This document shows positions 46,814-55,274 of a DNA stretch of 64,000 nt, one piece after another (within the stretch, counting starts at the first letter, position 1; every line of letters begins with the position of its first letter). Location of the stretch: positions 124,001 through 188,000 of the IMG/VR virus record IMGVR_UViG_3300028558_000016. The stretch is one strand, 5' to 3'. Under the pieces are notes generated by a model that worked only from the letters and a program-made list of their open reading frames with translations, searched no databases and was not told the DNA's origin. The position numbers were made by a program, and so were the translations under genes.

Positions 46814-47248
46814 TTAAATTATGTTTTCGTGAATAGCAGTTATTTTAAATTTGAAATTTTCATTTTCGGCATCGAACTTAAAACCTCCATCTGTGAAATA
46901 TGGAAAATCATCTTCTGCTTTTTTCATTAGTTTTAATTCATACGTCTTTTCGATGTGCTTTATTAATTTATCGCGATCGTAAGAATTATAAGTCACCAGT
47001 ACTTGGCTGTCATCATGCTTGAAAATTTTGATGATGTTTGCCACTAACATTTGTTTTGGAAATACTTTGACTTGTTTATTTACTTGCATCAGATGATCCA
47101 ATTTTGTGACAACAGGATCATTTCCATAAACCAAACCGATTGCGTAGGATCCTGAAGCATAAGCCAAATCCAGATGTTGGTAATCTGTTGGTTTTGTTGT
47201 TAATTCTCCATTTTCTGGATTAAATAATAATATATTTTTCTTCATCAT
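46814..47248 (-). CDS. Hypothetical protein
   Basis: 144 aa ORF. Confidence 0.6.
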   Translation of the reverse strand: MMKKNILLFNPENGELTTKPTDYQHLDLAYASGSYAIGLVYGNDPVVTKLDHLMQVNKQVKVFPKQMLVANIIKIFKHDDSQVLVTYNSYDRDKLIKHIEKTYELKLMKKAEDDFPYFTDGGFKFDAENENFKFKITAIHENII

Positions 47249-47254
47249 GTTATT

Positions 47255-47479
47255 TTATTTTACTGTTACATATTTGGATAGCCTTATTGCTTTGCTTACT
47301 TCCGGCCTATATCCAATTGGAAGTTTTGCATTTTGTAGTATTTCTTTTATTCCTAATCTCTGTATGTCTTCACTGTGTTTAATAGAAAATACTATTATCG
47401 CGGTGACCTTCTCCTTCTTTGGAGCTTTGCTGTAGGTGTCAGCGAGCAACTTTCCTATTTGATCAATTGATTTTTTCAT
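47255..47479 (-). CDS. Small HTH-like protein (start revised)
   Basis: YSKAPKKEKVTAIIVFSIKH...Y.PEVSKAIRLSKYV. Confidence 0.55.
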   Translation of the reverse strand: MKKSIDQIGKLLADTYSKAPKKEKVTAIIVFSIKHSEDIQRLGIKEILQNAKLPIGYRPEVSKAIRLSKYVTVK

Positions 47480-47564
47480 ATCGCATGCTCTATTATTAGA
47501 GACATTATACAAACTCCAACAAGAAGTCCTAAGTAAAATGCTGCAAAAAGATTTTTATTTTCCA

Positions 47565-49469
47565 TTATTGATTTATTAAACGTGAGTTATAAATTTTTCC
47601 ATTCTTATTAATGCTGATTAAATACATTCCAGGTTTGTCCAAATTGATTGCCACTTTACTATCAACAGTTAAGTGTAAAGTATTTTGGCCAAGAGAGTTT
47701 ATAACATCAATAGTTGCATTTCCCGCATCAACGGTGAACTGACCATTTGATGGATTAGGATAGATTGATATTCCAACAGGAACAGTGTAAGAAGTTATCC
47801 CAGTGGCAACTCCTGTTGTGATGGTGAAGCTCTGAGTTGTTGTACAACCTTTGCTGTCTGTGATCAAACATGTATAAGTTCCACCAGTTAATCCAGAAGC
47901 AGTTTGTGATGAACCACCAGATGGTGACCATGAATAAGTATAGCCAGGAGTTCCGCCTGAAGGAATTACATTAGCAATTCCATCATTTGAGCTTGGTGAT
48001 GTTTCATTTGTTTGCGAATTAGTTGCAGACAAAATAATTGGTTGAGTGATATTAAAGTTCTTGGTGATCGAACAATTGTTTGCATCTTTAATTACACAAG
48101 AATAAGCACCTTGCGAAAATCCAGAAGCAGTTGAAGATGTTCCACCAGTTGGAGACCATGAATAAGTGTAACCAGGAGTTCCACCTGATGCAACAACTGT
48201 TGCTGAAGCATTACTTCCACCATTGCAAGATACATTAGTCTGAAATTGATTTGCCGTAACAGCACTTGGTTGAGTCACTATAACAGTCATTGTTTTAGTC
48301 ATGGTTGAAGCATCAATAACTTTCACAGTGTAAGTTCCTGCAATCAATCCACTAACAGAAGCAGTTGTGTAACTTCCAGGAGACCACGAATAAGTGAAAC
48401 CAGGAAGACCACCTGTTGGTGTGCATGTTGCTGAACCATTATTTCCACCATTACAAGAAACACTTGATGATGTCATGTTCAATACCAATGTTGGATTTGC
48501 GTTATATTTAGCTATGTTGTTAAATGGAGTGGTGAAATTTCCGCCTGCATATAATTCACCATTGTAAACCGCCAAGCAAGCAATCGTTGAACCAATTGCC
48601 GATGGGATGTTAGACATTGAAACACCATTCCAAATTTTTATTCCTGGTGCAGCTGAATTTGCAGTATAAAGATTCCCACTGTAAACTTCCATTGGACCTT
48701 GAGTTCCAGCTTGACCACCAGTAGAAGCAAATGTTGTTCCATTATATTTAATAAATCCAGCAGAAACTACACCGTTGAATCCAACCATTCCGTTTCCGAA
48801 ATAAATATTTCCAGAATAAGTTTTTGCACCTTGAACAGATACAGCAGTATAAGTCGTTGGAACTGGACTCAAAGAGGTAGTAAATGTTTCAATAAATCCA
48901 GGCCATGTTCCAGTGATGTATAATTTATTATTATAAACTTCCAAATCCTGTATTTCATAACTATTAAGATTTGGACCAATTTGTGTAGGAGCATAATTAT
49001 TTGATGGATCACATTGTATGAGATAATGAATACCCGAAGAATATCCTCCAAAATAAATATAATCATTCATGCCATTTAATACACACGGAGGATAATTACA
49101 AACTGTTCTAAAACCATATCCTGGAGAAATTCCTCCAATTCCAGTTCCCATTCCTGAAACAGTATACCAATTAGAACCATTGTATACATATATGCTGTCT
49201 GAACCTACCACAACATCACTTCCATGAACTGTAATACATAGACCTGCAAAAGTTCCAGGATAGCCTGGGATTACTGTCCACGCAGTTCCATTCCAATATG
49301 CAACTTTTCCAGTGAAGGCGCCTGTTGCATAAAGACGATTGGTCAATGTGTCATTGTATAAACCATTGACATTTCCATTTAAGCCTGCTCCAACGTTGGA
49401 CCAAACTTGTGCTGTCGAATTCATTATTGACATAAGACAGATTGCGATTATTGCTATTTGTTTTTTCAT
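47565..49469 (-). CDS. SprB-repeat protein with T9SS type A C-terminal sorting domain
   Basis: Signal peptide, propeller-like N-domain, three (T/S)nVSCNGG..ATV..SGGTPGYTYSWSP repeats, ISIYPNPSNGQFTV...NSLGQ...PGMYLI...RLINQ. Confidence 0.9.
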   Translation of the reverse strand: MKKQIAIIAICLMSIMNSTAQVWSNVGAGLNGNVNGLYNDTLTNRLYATGAFTGKVAYWNGTAWTVIPGYPGTFAGLCITVHGSDVVVGSDSIYVYNGSNWYTVSGMGTGIGGISPGYGFRTVCNYPPCVLNGMNDYIYFGGYSSGIHYLIQCDPSNNYAPTQIGPNLNSYEIQDLEVYNNKLYITGTWPGFIETFTTSLSPVPTTYTAVSVQGAKTYSGNIYFGNGMVGFNGVVSAGFIKYNGTTFASTGGQAGTQGPMEVYSGNLYTANSAAPGIKIWNGVSMSNIPSAIGSTIACLAVYNGELYAGGNFTTPFNNIAKYNANPTLVLNMTSSSVSCNGGNNGSATCTPTGGLPGFTYSWSPGSYTTASVSGLIAGTYTVKVIDASTMTKTMTVIVTQPSAVTANQFQTNVSCNGGSNASATVVASGGTPGYTYSWSPTGGTSSTASGFSQGAYSCVIKDANNCSITKNFNITQPIILSATNSQTNETSPSSNDGIANVIPSGGTPGYTYSWSPSGGSSQTASGLTGGTYTCLITDSKGCTTTQSFTITTGVATGITSYTVPVGISIYPNPSNGQFTVDAGNATIDVINSLGQNTLHLTVDSKVAINLDKPGMYLISINKNGKIYNSRLINQ

Positions 49470-49478
49470 GTTTTATTT

Positions 49479-49670
49479 TTATTTTATTTTATCAAACGGC
49501 GAGAACGAAGTGCCGTCACCTTCTTTTTTAGGTTCTTCTTTTTTCTCAACAGGTTTTGTTTTCACTGTGTCAAGATGTGAGAATGGAGAATTAACTATTG
49601 GTTTATCGTCGCCACAACTTAAGAGTGTAACTCCAACTGACAATATTAAAAGATTTTTGATTGTTTTCAT
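49479..49670 (-). CDS. Small lipoprotein (start revised)
   Basis: MKTIKNLLILSVGVTLLSC. Confidence 0.6.
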   Translation of the reverse strand: MKTIKNLLILSVGVTLLSCGDDKPIVNSPFSHLDTVKTKPVEKKEEPKKEGDGTSFSPFDKIK

Positions 49671-49671
49671 A

Positions 49672-50145
49672 TTACTTTTTGTTATAAGTTGAAGAACCAC
49701 AGTATTCGCACATGTTACCGTGCCATTTATTACCACCACAACTATTGCAATTGCCAGTATGTGAATATACTAAATTTTTATGACTATTTCTTACTCCGAA
49801 ATCGTGCACTACGTAATCATTTTCATCTTCAAATTTAATGAAAAGGCCAAGGAATTTTTTTGGAAAGGATTTCATTAATTTTCCAATGGTTGACAGATTA
49901 GCAAGGATGAACAATAATAAAAGTACTAATGGAAATACAAGCAACATTGTCTCGGTAGAAGAAAAAATGTCAAGCAAATTAAAGTGACTTGGAATTAGTT
50001 TATCTTCAACGTTTGATGTTGCAACGTTTACTAAAACTGCATCGCCGTCTTTCATGACGGCGGAAGCAGTGTATTCTTTTGTGCTGACTATTGATTGGCC
50101 AAACATGTTGGCCGTGATCAAAAATAAAACCGCAAACTTTTTCAT
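49672..50145 (-). CDS. Membrane protein with C-terminal zinc ribbon
   Basis: Signal peptide, TM, CNSCG......CEYCG. Confidence 0.65.
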   Translation of the reverse strand: MKKFAVLFLITANMFGQSIVSTKEYTASAVMKDGDAVLVNVATSNVEDKLIPSHFNLLDIFSSTETMLLVFPLVLLLLFILANLSTIGKLMKSFPKKFLGLFIKFEDENDYVVHDFGVRNSHKNLVYSHTGNCNSCGGNKWHGNMCEYCGSSTYNKK

Positions 50146-50456
50146 TAGTTATAAATAAATTTACGGTTCATTGAAGCTGCCATATCAACAAGCATGGAAG
50201 TTTCTCCGATGGTGTTCACGAATTTTCCATGAAGCCTGCGATCCTTTTTCATGAGTTTTTCCATTTCATCCATTTGTTTGGTGTTCTCGAAAAATTCCGC
50301 CTGTTCGCGTAACTCATGATGTTTTTTTCTGATGCTGATTTGATTCTCAACATTTTTTACTAAAGACTTCATCACGTCTTCTTTTTTTACTGGTTTTACA
50401 TTCGACAGCATTTCTAACAATGCAATTATCGGATGATTTTGATTTTGTTTTCTCAT
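50145..50456 (-). CDS. Hypothetical protein
   Basis: First gene of minus block; TATATTTA box at 50480-50487. Confidence 0.6.
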   Translation of the reverse strand: MRKQNQNHPIIALLEMLSNVKPVKKEDVMKSLVKNVENQISIRKKHHELREQAEFFENTKQMDEMEKLMKKDRRLHGKFVNTIGETSMLVDMAASMNRKFIYN

Positions 50457-50639
50457 GGTTGGTTGTTTTAATTTATATGTAAATATACTAACTTTTTTCC
50501 ATATATAAAAATGATTCTTATAACTTATTGATAATCAAGCAGTTACGTTTTCCATTATACCTCGATTTCCTAATGGATTTAAGGCTTCAATCATCATTAA
50601 ATTTTGGCGAATATATACATAAACTAAAACTAATCATAC

Positions 50640-51359
50640 ATGGCTATAGTCATCACAGAGATTCTTGGCACTGACCCGTTTAGCGGTTCGAGAATCGTAA
50701 TAAACGCAAACTTCCAATCATTAAAAACTGAAGTGGAAGCGCTGGAATCTAATCTCGGGATTAGCGTTGCATCAGGAAATATTGACATTTCTGCAGCGAT
50801 AGGTGGACAAATAAAAGCAAAAGTTGGAGCATTCAATAACATCCAACTTCCAGTAGCAGGAATTCCAAACATCACGCTTACCGGATCGACCGGAGCAATA
50901 GTTGGAAAAACGTTAACTCTTGCCACATCGGCAGTAATTCCAACGCTAACAGCAGACAATTTTACAGCCACCGCACTCGGACAAAGCATCTTCAATGGTG
51001 AAGCAACTTTCAACGCGTTAGTAAAGGTTACAGACGGTCTTGCTTACAACAAAGTAAACGTTGGAACAGTGAGCACTCACACGGTAATAAATTCAGACAG
51101 AGTGATTCTTTTCACATTGAACGTTTTATCACCAGGTGCTCTCGTCATAACTCCAGATGCTCAGTTGGTTGATGGTCACGTGGTAACCCTCGTTGACACA
51201 AGCAACGTGGCAACAACACTTGATACAACATTCATCATGGGAACTTGGGGTTCCATTACATTCGCTGCTGATGGTTACAAATCATGCATCACTTTAATGT
51301 GGAGCGTTGTAGATAACAAATGGATTATCATTGGTTCTTCAAATATGACAATTCTATAA
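50640..51359 (+). CDS. Virion structural protein (fibre/baseplate-associated)
   Basis: ITEILGTDPFSGSRIVINANF N-terminus; beta-rich; RATATATA upstream. Confidence 0.6.
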   Translation: MAIVITEILGTDPFSGSRIVINANFQSLKTEVEALESNLGISVASGNIDISAAIGGQIKAKVGAFNNIQLPVAGIPNITLTGSTGAIVGKTLTLATSAVIPTLTADNFTATALGQSIFNGEATFNALVKVTDGLAYNKVNVGTVSTHTVINSDRVILFTLNVLSPGALVITPDAQLVDGHVVTLVDTSNVATTLDTTFIMGTWGSITFAADGYKSCITLMWSVVDNKWIIIGSSNMTIL

Positions 51360-51724
51360 TGAAGCACATTAAGACGTATAACGAAGCTATCAACGAAGGA
51401 TGGTTGACTGATTGGCTCTTTAAAAGAACTTATAAGGTCAATTATACAACTGAACTTGTTGACAAGAAAACCAATGAACCGGTTTCTTATAAATCTTACT
51501 TGACTGTGAAGGCCAAGAACGAAGATGAAGCTCTCGAGAAATTTTATACCAAATGGGACGAGGCAATAAAAGGCTTTGACGTTGAACCTAAAGTCATAGT
51601 TGGAAATATAGTTAAAACAGACAAGGCAGATAAAATCAATATAGATCTTCCAAGATCCATACAGAAGATAAGCAAGGAAAAAGAAGTTAAAAAAGAAGTC
51701 AAAGACGACGAAAAGAAGAAATGA
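51359..51724 (+). CDS. Leader-tagged hypothetical protein (start revised)
   Basis: MKHIKTYNEAINEG; TAATG coupling. Confidence 0.75.
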   Translation: MKHIKTYNEAINEGWLTDWLFKRTYKVNYTTELVDKKTNEPVSYKSYLTVKAKNEDEALEKFYTKWDEAIKGFDVEPKVIVGNIVKTDKADKINIDLPRSIQKISKEKEVKKEVKDDEKKK

Positions 51725-52053
51725 AACACTTAAAGAGTTTTGAAAATCTTAATGAGAATGTCTTGCAAAACAAGCTGATTCCCATTTTTCCAGAAAATCC
51801 AACTTGGAAGTTAAGCGACTCGTGGGAAGGAAATGACGGAGACATTAATTTTTCTTTTACCAATGGACCTTTTGAAGTAACAGCAGAATTCTGGGATCCA
51901 ACAAGTACATACACCGTAGGTTTCAGAGAAACAGGAGACAAGTATTTAGTGCCTGAAGGAAAAAGGTATCAATCAGGAAATTTAAAAGATCTCGCAGAAG
52001 TTAAAAAAGAAATGTCCAAGATGATGGACTTCTTAGAAGAATACTCTAAATAA
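51721..52053 (+). CDS. Leader-tagged hypothetical protein
   Basis: MKHLKSFENLNEN. Confidence 0.78.
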   Translation: MKHLKSFENLNENVLQNKLIPIFPENPTWKLSDSWEGNDGDINFSFTNGPFEVTAEFWDPTSTYTVGFRETGDKYLVPEGKRYQSGNLKDLAEVKKEMSKMMDFLEEYSK

Positions 52054-52062
52054 TAATTACAC

Positions 52063-54147
52063 ATGGCAGTTGCTCCTTTCATAAAACCGTTACAAGTACA
52101 AGGAGGAACGTTTTATACGTTCTCATCTTCATCTGAAGATCTTGGCTTGACATTTAATAATTCATCTACCAAATTTAGATTTTCTAAATATGTGTTGTTG
52201 AATATTCCTAACATCGCAACACCTGCATTTCAGGATAACAAAATTCAATTCGATACCATTGATGGAGCAATGATCGAAGGTCTTGACCCAGATCAAAACA
52301 TTAACCTTGCTCAATCGTTTCAGAACTATACATTAAACCTTGAGGCATTATTGATCTCTCAAACAAGCTATGATAGAAACCTAAAGCAAAACGTTGCTGA
52401 AAGAGTTTTCTGGAAATGGTTGAAGGAACTTGGTGCAATACATTGGAAGAAAGCAAACTCTCTTCAAACAACAACAAACGTTATAACAGACCCAAGGTTT
52501 CTTGAATTAGATGAAACATTAACAGGTCCATCAAGATATTACAGAGTTGCTCAATACATTGGAGACATAGACATCGTCAACTCGGTACAGAACAATACAA
52601 ACGCATATTCTGAGGTTTATATTCACGTTCCAACTTCAGATGGAAATACTCCGCTCATTCTATTTAAAACTGTTGAAGACGTCAACTATGATGCTTCAAT
52701 GATAATTCAGAACAGACCGGTCGATCCACTTGACACAGAATTTCTTACTGGAAGACATTATTTTGACGTTCACCCAGCAGGGTTAAACATCAACGCATTT
52801 TACGATCAAGACACGATTGGACAACCTATAAGCTTGTTCTTTAATACTGGAACCAACTTATATGACATCCCAGAACATTGGTATGATCCATTGGTTGGAC
52901 CAAACGCATATTTCACAGATTCAATATTCACCGATGTAACAATAGACAAGATCCAAAAAACTTTTGGATTGAGCACAATATTTTATCAAAGGTCAAGACT
53001 TGACGGAGTTCAAGTAGATTTTGAAGCAACGAATTATAAACCAATTGTTGACAATCCGACATTGACAACCATCCAGCAATACAATGCTACGGTGGATGCT
53101 CAACCGTTTGAGTTCAACGCAGTTCTTGTTTATTACGATGTATATGATGCAAATAATCCTGATGATGTTGCAACAAACCTTTATGGAGTTTTATTCCTTG
53201 AGGATGTTGAGCAACAATCTACGGAGTATGGAATTCCAAGATTCAAGAAGTTTAAACCGAATGTTGTCACTAAATTAAATGGTAACTCATACGGATTTAA
53301 GATCAATTTAAAATTTGATACGTCTGTTGAGAATGCTGGAATTGTTGAGAAGGCTATAAATGACTTTAGTTCATTCTCTCTTGAAATGTTCGTTGATGCA
53401 ATGAACGTTCTTCAGCAATCATCTGCCGTATTGAACGAACAATCAACTGAGATAATTGATTTGAAGAATCAAATGTTGCAGCTTGAGGATTTGATCATCA
53501 ATACTTCCAACATCAATGAAATAAATTTAAGGCTTGATAACCTTGAAGAGGACTTTGCTGCCAACCAAGCATTGTTCAATAATACAAACGATATAATGGC
53601 CTTGATCGAGAAGAATGCTGATTCCATTAATCAGGTTCTTGCCGGACAAACAAGCATAGAAGTTTCTTACAACTTGAACGCCATCAAAGGTGGTTCAGGA
53701 ATATTTGTCGACAGAAGCGTTCCAAACAACGTTACTCTAAACAACACTGTTCAAGGATTTACGATAACTCAAAATGTTCCATACTTTGCAGATCTTTCTG
53801 CTGGTGGAACCATAACACTTCAAAAGTATAACAATTACTTCAGACACTCTGTTGGAGGAGCTGTTCTTAATGCAGCAACTGACATTTATGTAAAAGTAGA
53901 TGACAGCCAAGTTAAATGGCAGAGAGGACAAACCCTAAGACTTGTATTCGATGATATTCTTGACATGCAAACATTCAGCTTGATAATTCAAACTGATGCA
54001 ACGAATTCATTTGGAAATGGAACTTATGGTGTATTTGTGGGTGCAGTCTCCAGCACAGAGTTTACTCCGGCCGGAGACCGTCCAATTTTTGACATCACCT
54101 GTGTTGACGACATCAACATGGTGTTCATAATAGATCAAATAAGATAA
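52063..54147 (+). CDS. Virion structural protein with coiled coil
   Basis: 694 aa, GGTFYTFSS, FEFNAVLVYYD, NLYGVLFL; late module context. Confidence 0.65.
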   Translation: MAVAPFIKPLQVQGGTFYTFSSSSEDLGLTFNNSSTKFRFSKYVLLNIPNIATPAFQDNKIQFDTIDGAMIEGLDPDQNINLAQSFQNYTLNLEALLISQTSYDRNLKQNVAERVFWKWLKELGAIHWKKANSLQTTTNVITDPRFLELDETLTGPSRYYRVAQYIGDIDIVNSVQNNTNAYSEVYIHVPTSDGNTPLILFKTVEDVNYDASMIIQNRPVDPLDTEFLTGRHYFDVHPAGLNINAFYDQDTIGQPISLFFNTGTNLYDIPEHWYDPLVGPNAYFTDSIFTDVTIDKIQKTFGLSTIFYQRSRLDGVQVDFEATNYKPIVDNPTLTTIQQYNATVDAQPFEFNAVLVYYDVYDANNPDDVATNLYGVLFLEDVEQQSTEYGIPRFKKFKPNVVTKLNGNSYGFKINLKFDTSVENAGIVEKAINDFSSFSLEMFVDAMNVLQQSSAVLNEQSTEIIDLKNQMLQLEDLIINTSNINEINLRLDNLEEDFAANQALFNNTNDIMALIEKNADSINQVLAGQTSIEVSYNLNAIKGGSGIFVDRSVPNNVTLNNTVQGFTITQNVPYFADLSAGGTITLQKYNNYFRHSVGGAVLNAATDIYVKVDDSQVKWQRGQTLRLVFDDILDMQTFSLIIQTDATNSFGNGTYGVFVGAVSSTEFTPAGDRPIFDITCVDDINMVFIIDQIR

Positions 54148-54150
54148 TAA

Positions 54151-54534
54151 TTAAGCGGTAGCAGTTCTTTGCCAAGAAGAAACTATTGGACCTTTATTTG
54201 AATAATAAATGGTCGCAATTCCGTTTGCTCTTGGAACTTTCTGCACAATCACAATCAGCTCTTCTTCGGCTGATTTTTTTGTTTTGACTGGTGCAGTTTC
54301 CTTAGGTTGTTTTGCGATTGCTGGAATTTGTTTGACATCTTTTTTCTTGTCAAATCCAACTATTGAAATTTTCTGGTTCCACATGTCAGTTATGGTAAGT
54401 TTTTCTTCTTTACCTTTTGCATTAATACAAACTGCTGTGCAGCTTCTTCCAGTTCTGATAAGCTGTTTAATTTTTAGAGTCTCCTTGCCTCTGGCAAGTT
54501 CCTGGTTCTCTTGTAACTGTCTTGATATAATCAT
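54151..54534 (-). CDS. Hypothetical basic protein
   Basis: 127 aa; TATATTTG box at 54559-54566 (minus). Confidence 0.6.
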   Translation of the reverse strand: MIISRQLQENQELARGKETLKIKQLIRTGRSCTAVCINAKGKEEKLTITDMWNQKISIVGFDKKKDVKQIPAIAKQPKETAPVKTKKSAEEELIVIVQKVPRANGIATIYYSNKGPIVSSWQRTATA

Positions 54535-54570
54535 GGTTGGTTATTAAATAATTTAGTACAAATATACTAA

Positions 54571-55184
54571 TTATTTTAATAACTTGGTAATGAACTTATA
54601 AGAATCCATCAATTTGCTTAGGTCCTTAAAGTCAGGTGTAGCAGTATTCGTGAAATAGAAAGCATAGACTAACTTATTGGTTTTCAAGTCGTAGACGAAC
54701 TTATAACATTTGGATGGAACATATACATTTTTGATCTTTTTTCCATCAAATTCGTTGTAACAAATGACAATTAAAGAGTCTGTTTTTGACAGATTTCTTA
54801 TGACCGTTTCAAAGTGTTTCCAAGGACCCCTGTTCAATTCTGGTGTCTGTGGAGCGCAGTTATAATATCTGAAAGTGAGTTCTTCCAACACACAATCATT
54901 TGCAAAATCTTCTGCGTTTGCCATGTGACCCTTGTCGTAACCAGAAGCTCTATAATCGCTGTCGTATGCTGTCTTCAATCCTTTGATGTCGCATTTAAAA
55001 TCCATCTTTTGTCTGGAACATTCTCCACCTCCGTGATATAAAATATACTTCACTGCTACTGGAACTTCATAGGTCTTTGAGTAATAGCTTTATTTGTTAT
55101 CAAGGTGTCATACCTTAATGTGTCTTGGCCACGTAGAAGGAAAGAGGCCATAAAAATGAGGATGGATGTTAATAATGTTTTCAT
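54571..55184 (-). pseudogene. Secreted DNA/RNA non-specific endonuclease (NucA/EndoG family), frameshifted near 55090
   Basis: GYDKGHMANAEDF, NCAPQTPELNRGPW..FE; signal peptide MKTLLTSILIF.. from ATG 55184 is in another frame and stops after NKAITQRPMKFQ. Confidence 0.75.
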
Positions 55185-55274
55185 GCTTTATATACCAAAA
55201 TTTATTCATTTCTATTGAAACGAAGCCATTCTGGAGAGCAGATATATACTAAAACCAAAAAGGATAACTAAAAG

